Below the pieces are notes generated by a model. It saw nothing but the letters and a program-made list of their open reading frames with translations. It did no database searches and was not told the DNA's origin. DNA of 63,905 bases, counting the filler. It is 5 parts of 5 records of this genome, joined end to end, with 100 filler letters (N's around TTAATTAATTAA, not from the genome) between each part and the next. Parts side by side here need not be neighbours in the genome. Positions count along the whole stretch, not along the records: positions 42,020 to 57,197 come from SRR20825006_1657; positions 57,298 to 63,905 come from SRR20825006_1661; 3 more parts are not named here. One strand, written 5' to 3'. This document shows, in pieces, positions 50,832-60,873 of this stretch. A program made the position numbers and the translations under genes. The number at the start of each line of letters is the position of its first letter. The stretch's first letter is position 1.

Positions 50832-52442
50832 TTACGGCTCGATCGGTTTGTATTTTGCCCGAAGATGCAGCGGCAACGCCTCCGCCTCATAGAGCATCCG
50901 CCGACCCTGCTCGCTCAGAGGGTTGTTCGAAAGATCAAGCCCCTCGAGCTGCCCCAGCCATGGCGCCTGCGCTAGCGCGCGCACGCCCTGAACGGTGATC
51001 CCGCACGACCTCAGATCGAGACGCCTCAGCGAGGGTTGATCGCGCGCCGCGAGCGCGATGATTCCTTCATCTCCCACGCGCGAGTAGTTCAGGATCAAGC
51101 GCGTGAGGTGTCCCAGGGTCGGGCTCGTCGCCAACGCCCTCACGCCGCGCGCGTGAAGTTGCGTCGAGCTCAGATCGAGCACCTTCAGGTTCTCCAGCGG
51201 CTCCGCCCGGCTCAAGATGTAGGCGTCATTGTCATCGAAGGAGGTCCCCTGGAACGAGAGCTCCTCGAGCGCGCCCGTCTCCCAGGCTCGAAGCTCGGTC
51301 AAGAACCCCGCCTCGCCATGCGTCGAGCCGAGGTTTAGCACCTTGACCTCGCGCATCCTGGGCGAGCTCAGCATCCGCCTGAGGCCCTCGCCGGTGATCG
51401 CGTTCCCGAACAGGTCGAGGTGCTCCAAAAGGGGGCCGTCTGCTCGCAGGATCGTCTCGAGCGCCCCCGAGGTCAGTCGGTTGATCGAGAGGTGCAGGCG
51501 CTCGAGTTTTTCCGTGTCACACCCGGCGATGATCCTCTCGAGCCCGCCATCCGAGAGGTGATTGAAGCTCAGGTCGAGGTCTCTCACCTTGGGGAAGAGC
51601 ACATCGGGGCCATCTGTGGCGTGACCGAGTTGATTTCCCGACAGCGCGATCGAGGACATTCCATGAAAGAATCGCGCTCGCGCCAGCAGCGCGACGCTAT
51701 CCCACCCGAGCTCGCCGCCGCGAGCGTCCAGCGGCGCGCCGCCCAGGCCAAAGTGTTCGAGCTGTTCTGCCCAGGGCGCGGTCAGGAGCGCCTCGGCAAT
51801 CAATGGCCCCGGGCTGTTGTGATCGAGGCGAAGTGTTCGCAACTTCGGCAGGTTCTCCGACTCGCACAACAACTCCATCCCCGCTCTCCCGAGCCGGTTG
51901 TGCGGCAGGTGCAGCTCCTCGAGGTTCTTGGTGGCCGGTTGATCCACGAGCCACTCGACCACGCCATCGCCGAGCTGTGATTTCTCGATGTGCAACTTCT
52001 CGAGGTTTGACAGCAGCTCGCGCGAGCTGCCCAGACCTTCGATGTGTCGCTCGCCCAACCTCCCGTGGATGCTCAACCGCGCTGGCTTTAAATGCGCGCC
52101 GCGCGAGAGCAGACCTTCGAGCTGCGGATGTGATGGGCTGGCGTCATCATCGCTGTTGATCGCGCGCAGCGTGTTGCGGCTCGGGTATAGCGACAGCTCG
52201 TGGACGAGCCCGAGGCGCTCGATCGGCTCCTCTCGCTCGAGGCGCTCGACCCAACGCCTCGGCGCGACCCGGATATTGGGGGGCCAGCGGTCCAGGTGCG
52301 CCTTGATATAGGGGATGATGCGTTCGCTGAGTTCGCCCTGATCGCACAGGTCGACGAGCGCACAGAGAGATCTCCATGTGCTCGCGGTGCCTTCTCCGTG
52401 AAGGAGGCTGCGAATTTCTCCAAACCTCGCGTTCTCGCCCAA
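50832..52442 (-). CDS. Leucine-rich repeat protein (RI-like) with N-terminal FGExRS module
   Basis: Repeated LxxLxLxxNxL/IxxxG units; N-terminus RFGEIRSLLH...W...IPY...HLDRWP...R..P..W. Confidence 0.85.
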   Translation of the reverse strand: MGENARFGEIRSLLHGEGTASTWRSLCALVDLCDQGELSERIIPYIKAHLDRWPPNIRVAPRRWVERLEREEPIERLGLVHELSLYPSRNTLRAINSDDDASPSHPQLEGLLSRGAHLKPARLSIHGRLGERHIEGLGSSRELLSNLEKLHIEKSQLGDGVVEWLVDQPATKNLEELHLPHNRLGRAGMELLCESENLPKLRTLRLDHNSPGPLIAEALLTAPWAEQLEHFGLGGAPLDARGGELGWDSVALLARARFFHGMSSIALSGNQLGHATDGPDVLFPKVRDLDLSFNHLSDGGLERIIAGCDTEKLERLHLSINRLTSGALETILRADGPLLEHLDLFGNAITGEGLRRMLSSPRMREVKVLNLGSTHGEAGFLTELRAWETGALEELSFQGTSFDDNDAYILSRAEPLENLKVLDLSSTQLHARGVRALATSPTLGHLTRLILNYSRVGDEGIIALAARDQPSLRRLDLRSCGITVQGVRALAQAPWLGQLEGLDLSNNPLSEQGRRMLYEAEALPLHLRAKYKPIEP

Positions 52443-52511
52443 GATCCTCTCCCGTCCTCTCGCCCCCGAATGTCACGGCGTGTGCCCCTAACCTCGTGTC
52501 CCCGCGAAGAG

Positions 52512-54515
52512 TCAGTCCTGGCTCCCCTTGCCCGCGTGGTGGTCGATGAAGCGGAAGACCTCGTGATACCAGGTCTTGATGTTGCGAGGCTTGAGGATCC
52601 AGTGGTTCTCATCCGGGTAGAGCAAGAACTCGCTCTCCACACCATGATATTGCAACGCATCGAACAACGCCATCGCCTCGCCGACCGGCACGCGGTAGTC
52701 CCGCTGGCCATGGATGATCAACGTCGGGCTCTTCCACTTCTGGATGTGACGGTGCGGCGAGTAGCGGGTGAACGCCTCGTTGTCCTTGTAGGGATCTTGC
52801 CCGAACATGAATGACCAGTAGGCGGGGAAGTCTGTGATGGCGTGGAAGGATTGCAGATTATAGAGCCCCGCGTGCGTGATCAGGCAGCGGAAACGATCCT
52901 CCTGAGTCCCGATCCAGTTGGTCATGTATCCACCAAACGAACCGCCCATCACTGAGATGTTGTCTGCGTCGACATCCTCGCGCGCGCCGACCTGATCTGC
53001 CACACACATCAAATCTTCATAGCACTGTCCTCCCCACACATCTCCCCAGATGCCCTGGACCCAGTCGTGTCCAAAGCCCGTGGAGCCGCGCGGGTTCGGG
53101 AGCACCATGATGTAACCTCGAGAGGTCCCCACGAGGCTGTTCCAGCGCCAGTGCCAGACATCGCCCCATTGACCTATCGGGCCGCCGTGCACCCACATGA
53201 CCACGGGCAATGGTTCATCGCCTGCCTCCTTTGGCTTGACCACGTAGTACTGGCATCGCTTTCCGTCTGTCGAGGTGACCTCGTGGGATACCACCTCGAC
53301 CTGCTCGTCGAGAGAGCCTGGCTCCCAACCGCTAAGATCAGCCAGCGAGGATGGCAAGCCATCCTCTCCCAGCGCGAGCGAGAAGGGGTTTGGCGGCTCC
53401 AGAATCGCGCTCCTCAAGCCGAACAGCTCGCTGCCATCTGCCGAGATCGAGATATCCCAGTGCGTGCCGCCTGCCTCCTCGCTGGTGACGCGCGTGACCG
53501 CGCCGCTCGCGCGATCGATGGCAAACACCGGCGTCGCTCCCTCGAAGTCCGCTGTCCCGTAGATTGTCGCGCCATCCTGGCTGCATGCGTGGAGCTGGAG
53601 CACGAGCTCTTTATCGAGCGGGATGGTGCGCAGTGAATCATCGCTAAGATCAATCTCGACGAGCTCTCCTGGCGTATACGCCCCGTCGACGCGCTCCCAA
53701 CGGAGCGCCAGCAGATATTCGCCATCCGGCGTGAACAGGAGGGGGGCGAGCGATTCGCGCGCGCCCAACTCGATGATGCGAGAAGCTTGGCTCTCGAGAT
53801 CGAAGATCTCGACGCGACCATCGTGCATACGATCGCTGGCGATGCGGTCCATGTTGGCGATCGCGATCCTGTTCCCGGCGGGATCGATGACCGGGTTCGA
53901 GTTGCGGTAGGTGCGATCGGCGAACTCGTGAAGCCTCGTCACCTCACCATCGCGCAGGACGGCGAGCTGCGGAGCCGAGACGGGGAGCCAGTGGTCCCAG
54001 TAGCGAATCGGCATCCTCCTATACACCCTGGAGGATGGCCCGTTCTTGCCGCGATCGTTGCTCTCTTCGCGTTGTTTCTCCTCTTCAGTGTCAGGCAGGC
54101 GATTGACGATGAGCGCGATGGCGCTGCCATCCTCGCTCGCGTTGTAGGAGGAGACGCCGAGCGGCTCGTCGGTCAGCGGTACGGGCTCTCCGCCCGTGGC
54201 CGGGAGCTTGAAGAGCTGCATCCGTCGCTCGGCGCCCTCGTCCGGTGTCTCCGAGGTCGGGCGGTTGCTCAAAAAGAGCAGCGAGCCGTCAACGAGGTGT
54301 GTCGGCGAGGTGTCATTGTGCTTTCCCCAGGTCAGCTTGCGGGGTGGCGCGCCATCGATCGGGACGCTCCAGAGATCGCTGATGTAACTGCTCTTGTTCT
54401 TTTCATCGAGGCGTTGCACCGAGACCACCACGTGGTCGTTGGAGGGCGCGAGCGAGAGGTTTGTCGAGCGTCCCATCGATACGAGGCGTTCCTGATCGAG
54501 CAGCGTGTCTGACAT
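52512..54515 (-). CDS. S9-family (prolyl oligopeptidase-like) peptidase
   Basis: Propeller region, VHGGP, PNPRGSTGFG, GGSFGG nucleophile, DYRV, ENHW. Confidence 0.92.
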   Translation of the reverse strand: MSDTLLDQERLVSMGRSTNLSLAPSNDHVVVSVQRLDEKNKSSYISDLWSVPIDGAPPRKLTWGKHNDTSPTHLVDGSLLFLSNRPTSETPDEGAERRMQLFKLPATGGEPVPLTDEPLGVSSYNASEDGSAIALIVNRLPDTEEEKQREESNDRGKNGPSSRVYRRMPIRYWDHWLPVSAPQLAVLRDGEVTRLHEFADRTYRNSNPVIDPAGNRIAIANMDRIASDRMHDGRVEIFDLESQASRIIELGARESLAPLLFTPDGEYLLALRWERVDGAYTPGELVEIDLSDDSLRTIPLDKELVLQLHACSQDGATIYGTADFEGATPVFAIDRASGAVTRVTSEEAGGTHWDISISADGSELFGLRSAILEPPNPFSLALGEDGLPSSLADLSGWEPGSLDEQVEVVSHEVTSTDGKRCQYYVVKPKEAGDEPLPVVMWVHGGPIGQWGDVWHWRWNSLVGTSRGYIMVLPNPRGSTGFGHDWVQGIWGDVWGGQCYEDLMCVADQVGAREDVDADNISVMGGSFGGYMTNWIGTQEDRFRCLITHAGLYNLQSFHAITDFPAYWSFMFGQDPYKDNEAFTRYSPHRHIQKWKSPTLIIHGQRDYRVPVGEAMALFDALQYHGVESEFLLYPDENHWILKPRNIKTWYHEVFRFIDHHAGKGSQD

Positions 54516-54655
54516 GAGAGACCTTGGGAAAAGAGGGGCGTCGGAGGATCGATTTGGTGGCCCGCGCATCCTACCTTCTGGGGCTCGTTTGGCAACCTCT
54601 TGAAGCGATGCCTGCGAGTCCTTACCATGAGCCGTCATTGCTCGATGAGGTCCTC

Positions 54656-56431
54656 TTGTCCCCTGTCTCTTCAAATCACTCGCCCGAAACACGCTTCGGT
54701 GACCTGCGCAGCTTGCTCCAGCGCGCGCCGAGCGCGCAGGTGTGGTTCGAGCTGATCGAGCTCCTCGAGGATTGGCAGGAAGAGGACCCGAATGATTTCG
54801 TGCGCGTCGCGCTCCCGTATGTCTGCGGTCACCTCGATCACTGGCCAGATCGCTTGCGCCAGCTACCGATCGACTGGTTCGAGTCCTGGTGCGAGCAGCG
54901 AGACGAACAAGATATGGAGCGCGGCGCGTGGCGTTTTACGCTGGCCCGCGCCTTCGTCGCTCCCGAGCTCCCTCACCGAGACACCGCCAGGGCGCTCGTG
55001 CGGGGCATGACGCAATCCGAATGGCTCGAGGACGCCACTGTCCTCGAGATGCCGCGCTGCTACATGCGCAACCTCCCCATCTGGATGCTCGCGCGCTCCT
55101 CGAAGCTCGGTCGGCTCGAGGCGCTCGACCTCTCCTACAATGGCCTCAGCGTCTGGTCGATGCATGCGCTCCAGCGCGCGGAATCGCTCACTGCCATCGA
55201 GCGCCTCGCGCTCGATGGCAACGGCCTCGACGCCAGGGCGCTCATGCCGCTGGCGGCGCGCACGGACTGGCGAAGGCTTCGCGCGCTCTCGCTCTCGAGC
55301 AACGCGCTCGGGGATGAAGGGATGGAGGTGCTCACCAGCGCGCCGCACTTCTCGAGGTTGCGCGAGCTGTCGCTGGCCAAGAACGAGATCGGTGATGAGG
55401 GGATGCAGATCCTCGCGAACTCGGCGATGTACGGCTCGCTCGAGTGCATCGATCTCGCCAACAACAACCTCGGTTCGCGAAGCTGCGAGGCGCTCGCGGC
55501 GGCGCCATCGATCGTGGAGCTCGACCTGACGGGAAACACCATCGACGAGTTCGGCGGCGTATCACTGGTGCGCTCACCATACTTCGGGCAATGGCGTCGG
55601 CTGGGGTTGGCGAACACGGGCGTGGCCGCGCGCACGCTCGAGGCGCTGGCCGAGCACGACGCACCGCTCGAGCTGCGACGGCTCGACCTGACGGGCAATC
55701 AGATCGCCGCGGCTGGCGCCAGCGCGCTCGCGCGCTGTCGAGGGCTCGCCAAGCTCGAGAGCCTCGAGCTCTCCGTCAACGCGCTCGATGTCGCCGCGAT
55801 CCGAGAGCTCTCCGAGGCGCCCTTTATCCCGCACCTTCGCCACCTCTCGCTCTCGTTCAACCCGCTGACCGATGCGGGCATCGCGCACATGCTGACCTCG
55901 TCGAGGTTGGAGAGGTTGGAGCGTCTCGAGCTCCATCACTGCGCTATATACGGGAGCGTCGAGCTCCCGGACGAGCTCGGCTGGGTGGTCAATGACCTCG
56001 ATCTCGACTCCAACCCGTTTGGAGATGCGTTCATCGAGGAGCTCGCCAGCAAGAGCTGGATGCGTTCGGTGAGAAAGCTCAACCTGCGCCGCGTGCGCAT
56101 GACCGATCGCGGCGCGCAGGCGCTCGCCAGCTCCGAGCACCTCGCATCACTCGAGGTCCTGGACCTCGGGGATAACTGGATTTCAGGGGAGGGCGCAGCC
56201 GCCCTGATCGACGGGCTGCCTGGCTTGCGGGAGCTTGGGCTCGGGGGGACCAACCTCGATGACGCCGCGGCCAGGAAGCTCGCTCGCCAGGAGCGCGCGA
56301 GCCGGTTGCGCGCACTCGATGTGAGCTGGTCCACGCTCAGCGCGCACGGCGCCGCGGTCCTCAGGAACTCGCCATTTTTCAAGCGCTGCAAGGTGCGTGT
56401 CGAGCGCATCCTCGATGACGCGCCTCGTTGA
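54656..56431 (+). CDS. Leucine-rich repeat protein (RI-like) with N-terminal FGDxRS module
   Basis: Many LxLxxNxIGDEG-type repeats; RFGDLRSLLQ...W...LPY...HLDHWP...R..P..W; TTG start after GAGG. Confidence 0.85.
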   Translation: MSPVSSNHSPETRFGDLRSLLQRAPSAQVWFELIELLEDWQEEDPNDFVRVALPYVCGHLDHWPDRLRQLPIDWFESWCEQRDEQDMERGAWRFTLARAFVAPELPHRDTARALVRGMTQSEWLEDATVLEMPRCYMRNLPIWMLARSSKLGRLEALDLSYNGLSVWSMHALQRAESLTAIERLALDGNGLDARALMPLAARTDWRRLRALSLSSNALGDEGMEVLTSAPHFSRLRELSLAKNEIGDEGMQILANSAMYGSLECIDLANNNLGSRSCEALAAAPSIVELDLTGNTIDEFGGVSLVRSPYFGQWRRLGLANTGVAARTLEALAEHDAPLELRRLDLTGNQIAAAGASALARCRGLAKLESLELSVNALDVAAIRELSEAPFIPHLRHLSLSFNPLTDAGIAHMLTSSRLERLERLELHHCAIYGSVELPDELGWVVNDLDLDSNPFGDAFIEELASKSWMRSVRKLNLRRVRMTDRGAQALASSEHLASLEVLDLGDNWISGEGAAALIDGLPGLRELGLGGTNLDDAAARKLARQERASRLRALDVSWSTLSAHGAAVLRNSPFFKRCKVRVERILDDAPR

Positions 56432-56436
56432 CACCC

Positions 56437-57120
56437 TCAGTTAAAGCCGACCTTGAGGATGTCCGAGATGGGCGGGATGATCGTGTCCAGCTCCTCGTGC
56501 CTCGCCTCGAAGCGCAAGGACGCGCTGACCAGATCACGCGCGGTCAGATAACACACCCGCGCCACGCTGCGTCCCTCGACAAGTTCGCCGTAGGCCTCGA
56601 CCGCCTCTGCGCCCTCGTCGCCAGCAGCCTCGCGCGCGGACTCCAGCGCGTCGATGGCGGCCTCGAGCGCCGACGCGGCCTGTGAGCTCGGCTCGTACTC
56701 CTGCAAAAAACCGAGCGCCTCATCCGCCGTCTTGACCGCGGCGCGCGTGCGCAAGCTCTCGAACTCGCCCTGGTGAAAACGCGAGATAAAGTGCGCCAGC
56801 GCCATCTGTTGCTCGCGGTTCGCGTCAGGGGCGAGCCGCGACTTCCCGAGGACGATGTCGAGGTTCGCGATCACCTCGTGGAAGGTCTTGTCGAGCGTGC
56901 GCTTTGCCTCGCGCATCACCTGAAGCGCCTGGCGCGCTTCGAGCTCTTCGAGATCCTCGCGCTCGACCAACTCCTTGAACGCCTGTGATGCGGATTGCAG
57001 CAACTCATTTGCTGTATCGACCCATGGGCGCGTTCCATCGCTGACGTCGAGCGCAGCGACGCGTTGTTGGCTCTCTTCGAGCGCGGTCATCAGAAATTCG
57101 TCGTCTCGATCTCTTGCCAT
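56437..57120 (-). CDS. Hypothetical acidic alpha-helical protein
   Basis: ATG 57120 after AGGAGG; Ala/Glu-rich; no recognised domain. Confidence 0.7.
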   Translation of the reverse strand: MARDRDDEFLMTALEESQQRVAALDVSDGTRPWVDTANELLQSASQAFKELVEREDLEELEARQALQVMREAKRTLDKTFHEVIANLDIVLGKSRLAPDANREQQMALAHFISRFHQGEFESLRTRAAVKTADEALGFLQEYEPSSQAASALEAAIDALESAREAAGDEGAEAVEAYGELVEGRSVARVCYLTARDLVSASLRFEARHEELDTIIPPISDILKVGFN

Positions 57121-57197
57121 CGGTTGCCTCCTGTGCGCTCGAGGGCGCAGCATTCCATCATGCTCTATGAGGGTGTTGAAGAAATTCTCCACGTCGC

Positions 57198-57297
57198 NNN
57201 NNNNNNNNNNNNNNNNNNNNNNNNNNNNNNNNNNNNNNNNNTTAATTAATTAANNNNNNNNNNNNNNNNNNNNNNNNNNNNNNNNNNNNNNNNNNNN
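57198..57297. other. Artificial contig spacer
   Basis: N44-TTAATTAATTAA-N44. Confidence 0.99.
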
Positions 57298-57298
57298 A

Positions 57299-58609
57299 AT
57301 GGCCGGAAGAGACTTGGTATCTATTGCCACCATCATGGCAATCTTGGGGGGGACTGCGGGTTTCATCCTCTCTGACCATTACTCCAACGCTTCGGATACC
57401 GCTTTGTCAGCCAGTGCCGCTGAAAGCGAGTTAAGCGCTTCTTCCTCGTCCGGTGTGACCGAAACGGCCAATCTTCCCGATAATGAACCCCGTCTTGAAA
57501 CGGTTGTGTTGGAAAAAGGTTCCAACCTGATGGCGACTTTAACCGCGGCGGGACTGGAACGGTCGGTTGCGTTTAATGCCATCGAAGCCCTTCGCGATGT
57601 TTACAACCCCCGCAAACTGCGCGCTGGCCAGGAATTCGACCTTGTTTATGGCAGCGACGTTGAGGGGGATAGCGGCCTTTTTGATACGCTGCGCTTCCAG
57701 CCTGATCCCGAAACCGTTGTTTCCGTTTCACGTACCGATGATGGTTTTACCGCCTCAAGCGACAAAATCGCACTGACCCCTGTGCGCAATGTTTCGTCCG
57801 GCGTGATTGATCAAAGCCTGTTCCTTGCCGCTGAAAAGAACGGCATGCCGCTTTCGGTGCTGATGGAACTGATCGAGCTTTATTCCTATGAAGTCGATTT
57901 CCAGCGCGACATTCAGCCCGGTGACAGTTTCGAGGTGATGTTCGAGGAATTGCGCAACGATGCCGGTGAACGTGTTCGTTATGGCGATGTGGTTTATGCC
58001 AGCATGACGCTGAGCGGCAATAATGTCCGCCTTTATTCCTATAAGGACAGCAATGGCGATGTCGACTTCTATAACCAGAAGGGCGAATCGTATCGCCGTG
58101 CCCTGATGCGGACACCGATCAATGGTGCGCGTCTGTCATCGGGCTTTGGTGCGCGCAAGCATCCGATTCTTGGTTTTACCAAGATGCACAAGGGTGTGGA
58201 TTTCGCAGCACCACCGGGAACGCCAATCTTTGCGGCCGGTAACGGCACCGTTGCCCAGATCGGCCGCAATGGGGGTTATGGCAACTATATCCGTCTGCGC
58301 CACAACGATTCCTATGATACCGCATATGCCCATATGAAGGGCTTCGCCAAGGGCCTTAAACAGGGATCGCGGGTCAAGCAGGGGGATGTGATCGGTTATG
58401 TCGGCACCACCGGCGCATCGACCGGCCCGCACCTGCATTTCGAAATCCTGAAAAACAACGCCCAGGTCAACCCGATCAAGGTCAAGATGCCAAGCGGCAA
58501 GACCCTTAAAGGAAACGAACTGAAAACTTTCCTGGCCAAGGCAGAGGGAATGCGCGGGCAGTATGCGGAACTTTCGATGCATAACCGCAAGGTCGCCAGC
58601 GCCGAATAA
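57299..58609 (+). CDS. M23-family peptidoglycan DD-endopeptidase (MepM-like)
   Basis: N-terminal TM segment; HKGVDF, YAHM, STGPHLHFE. Confidence 0.92.
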   Translation: MAGRDLVSIATIMAILGGTAGFILSDHYSNASDTALSASAAESELSASSSSGVTETANLPDNEPRLETVVLEKGSNLMATLTAAGLERSVAFNAIEALRDVYNPRKLRAGQEFDLVYGSDVEGDSGLFDTLRFQPDPETVVSVSRTDDGFTASSDKIALTPVRNVSSGVIDQSLFLAAEKNGMPLSVLMELIELYSYEVDFQRDIQPGDSFEVMFEELRNDAGERVRYGDVVYASMTLSGNNVRLYSYKDSNGDVDFYNQKGESYRRALMRTPINGARLSSGFGARKHPILGFTKMHKGVDFAAPPGTPIFAAGNGTVAQIGRNGGYGNYIRLRHNDSYDTAYAHMKGFAKGLKQGSRVKQGDVIGYVGTTGASTGPHLHFEILKNNAQVNPIKVKMPSGKTLKGNELKTFLAKAEGMRGQYAELSMHNRKVASAE

Positions 58610-58632
58610 ACAGCACTTCCTGAAAATTTAGC

Positions 58633-58655
58633 AAGCCCGCCATTTGGCGGGCTTT
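58633..58655. terminator. Terminator hairpin between convergent genes
   Basis: AAGCCCGCCA-TT-TGGCGGGCTTT. Confidence 0.7.
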
Positions 58656-59574
58656 ATGCTTTTGGTGCCTGTTCACCACCCAGTATTTTATCCAGTTCAA
58701 GAATAAGACCGTCATAGAAATCACGTGCCATACCCGATAACGGCCGCACGTTGGACGTAATGATTTCCAGTGGCTCCATAATGCGAGGACGAAACGGCAG
58801 CAACCGGATGTTGGGAAAGTTGAAGGCATCGCTGAAATACCGGCAATTAAGCGCATCTACCAATGTCAAACCCATGCCGAGATTGACAAACGACATGGCA
58901 TGAACCGTCGTATGGACCTCGATGATACGATTGAACGTGATCCCGGCATCGTCATAAGCCCTGCGCAATTCCCGTGTAGTGGCATTTTCCGAATCAAGTG
59001 TGATCCAAGGTGATGTTCCGGCATCCGCCAATGTCACCTCATCAAGCTGTGCCGCAGGATGATCAAGTGGAACGGCACAGAAGCAGGGCAAATCCATCGA
59101 AACCGACTCATGGCTAAGCGAGCTTTCCGATTTATCCACCAGTCCGATCTGATACTGCCCGGATGCCACCCCCTGCCGGATCACTGAACAACCCGCATGA
59201 TGCAGGCTGACCTGCACTCCGGGATTCCTTTTCATGTAATCGGCAATCAGTTCCGGCAAAAAGCGATAGGCAGGGCCAAAGATGGAACAGATCCGAAGAC
59301 GCCCGCCCTTGTTATTGCGTGCCGCTTTCAGACTGTCTTCAAGATGGCTAAGCCCTTGCAGGATTGAATAAACTTCATCATGCAGGAAGTGCGCTTCGTC
59401 GGTCGGCAGGAGTTTACCGTTATGCCGCACAAACAGCTTGTAGCCGATTTCCGCCTCGAAATTCGCCAGCATCTTGCTGGCAGCAGGCTGGCTGACGAAG
59501 CTTCGTTCGGCCGCGCGGGTGATGCTGCCAGTGACAAAAACCTCGTGAAATATCCGTAAACGCTTGATATTCAT
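58654..59574 (-). CDS. LysR family transcriptional regulator
   Basis: GSITRAAE..VSQPAASKML..FE..IG..LF.R HTH plus substrate-binding domain. Confidence 0.93.
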   Translation of the reverse strand: MNIKRLRIFHEVFVTGSITRAAERSFVSQPAASKMLANFEAEIGYKLFVRHNGKLLPTDEAHFLHDEVYSILQGLSHLEDSLKAARNNKGGRLRICSIFGPAYRFLPELIADYMKRNPGVQVSLHHAGCSVIRQGVASGQYQIGLVDKSESSLSHESVSMDLPCFCAVPLDHPAAQLDEVTLADAGTSPWITLDSENATTRELRRAYDDAGITFNRIIEVHTTVHAMSFVNLGMGLTLVDALNCRYFSDAFNFPNIRLLPFRPRIMEPLEIITSNVRPLSGMARDFYDGLILELDKILGGEQAPKA

Positions 59575-59579
59575 CAATC

Positions 59580-59594
59580 ATAACTCGAAGTTAT
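59580..59594. promoter_or_regulatory. LysR-type binding site (T-N11-A)
   Basis: ATAAC-TCGAA-GTTAT dyad immediately upstream of the LysR start, in the divergent promoter. Confidence 0.65.
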
Positions 59595-59763
59595 CGAACC
59601 ATTAAAAACATTCAATACCATTATTCTCGTTCTTATCCTAGGATCACGATGATTTTGCACCGGGGGCCGGAAATCGCGTCTGATGCAGCAGCATCACAGA
59701 TTGCGATACGGAAAACCGGTTTGCAGAAACAGCATCAACAAGAATCTTAATCAGGGAAGCATA

Positions 59764-60804
59764 ATGAATAAATTTGCCTCGGCTCTGGCTGTCAGTGCAG
59801 CCATGATTTTCGTCCAGACGTCGGCCAGTCAGGCCGAAGAAGGCACATCAACACTTCAGGCCGTCAAGGATCGCGGCAGTGTTAGCTGTGTGATCGGGAA
59901 CTCCTTCCCGGGCTTTTACAGCCTGAACAAGGAAGGCGAATGGCAGGGCATGGATATCGATATGTGCCGTGGCGTTGCCGCAGCCGTTTTCGGAGATGCA
60001 GGCAAGGTCAACTTCCTGCCGGTTCAGTGGGCACAGAGCTTTACCACGATCAAAAGCGGCAAGGGCGACATCCTTTCCAAAGGCATGACCTGGACCCTGT
60101 CACGTGATGTAAGTCAGGGCCTCGACTTCCTTGACACCTATTTCTATGACGGTCAGGGCTTCATGGTCCGCAAGGACCTTGGTGTCACGTCTGTCAAACA
60201 GCTTAAAGGGGCGACGGTCTGCGTGCTGACCGGCACATCGAGCGAACTGAACCTTGCCGATTACAGCCGGACACATGGTCTGGACCTGAAAACAGTTGTT
60301 TTCGATGATTCGGCCGTGCGTAACACCGCGTTCTTTAACGATAACTGCGACGCGCTGACCAATGACAAATCCGGCCTTGCCGCCCAGCGTTCCGCCGCAC
60401 CGAACCCGGCAGATTATGTTGTTCTGCCCGAAACCATTTCCAAGGAAGCCCTGTCATTTGCCGTCAAACAGAATGACAGCGAATGGGCCAATGTCGTGAA
60501 ATGGACCTTCCAGGCGATGGTGGCCGCCGAGGAGTACGGCATAACCTCGGAAAATGTTGATGACATGCGCGCCAATTCGGAAAGCCCGATCATCCGTCGT
60601 ATTCTGGGGGTCGAAGGTGATCTGCATGTCGGTCTGGGATTGCCGCAGGACTGGGCCTATCAGGTCATCAAGAATGTTGGCAATTACGGCGAAATCTATG
60701 AACGCAATGTCGGCCCGGACAGCGTTCTTGGTCTGGACCGCGAAGGTACGCTGAATGCCCTTTGGCAGGATGGCGGCCTGATGTATGCAAAGTCATTCCG
60801 TTAA
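59764..60804 (+). CDS. aapJ: Amino-acid ABC transporter substrate-binding protein (AapJ/BztA-like)
   Basis: Signal peptide; TWTLSRD, FYDGQGF, LPETISKE, VGNYGEIYERN. Confidence 0.88.
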   Translation: MNKFASALAVSAAMIFVQTSASQAEEGTSTLQAVKDRGSVSCVIGNSFPGFYSLNKEGEWQGMDIDMCRGVAAAVFGDAGKVNFLPVQWAQSFTTIKSGKGDILSKGMTWTLSRDVSQGLDFLDTYFYDGQGFMVRKDLGVTSVKQLKGATVCVLTGTSSELNLADYSRTHGLDLKTVVFDDSAVRNTAFFNDNCDALTNDKSGLAAQRSAAPNPADYVVLPETISKEALSFAVKQNDSEWANVVKWTFQAMVAAEEYGITSENVDDMRANSESPIIRRILGVEGDLHVGLGLPQDWAYQVIKNVGNYGEIYERNVGPDSVLGLDREGTLNALWQDGGLMYAKSFR

Positions 60805-60814
60805 TTCCGTACGT

Positions 60815-60844
60815 TCAGACAGGCTGGTGATCCAGCCTGTCTGA
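60815..60844 (+). promoter_or_regulatory. Intercistronic stem-loop after the binding-protein gene
   Basis: 13-bp perfect stem TCAGACAGGCTGG/CCAGCCTGTCTGA without a U-tract. Confidence 0.6.
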
Positions 60845-60873
60845 GTGCCCCACATTCCCACGGTTACCCCGGT

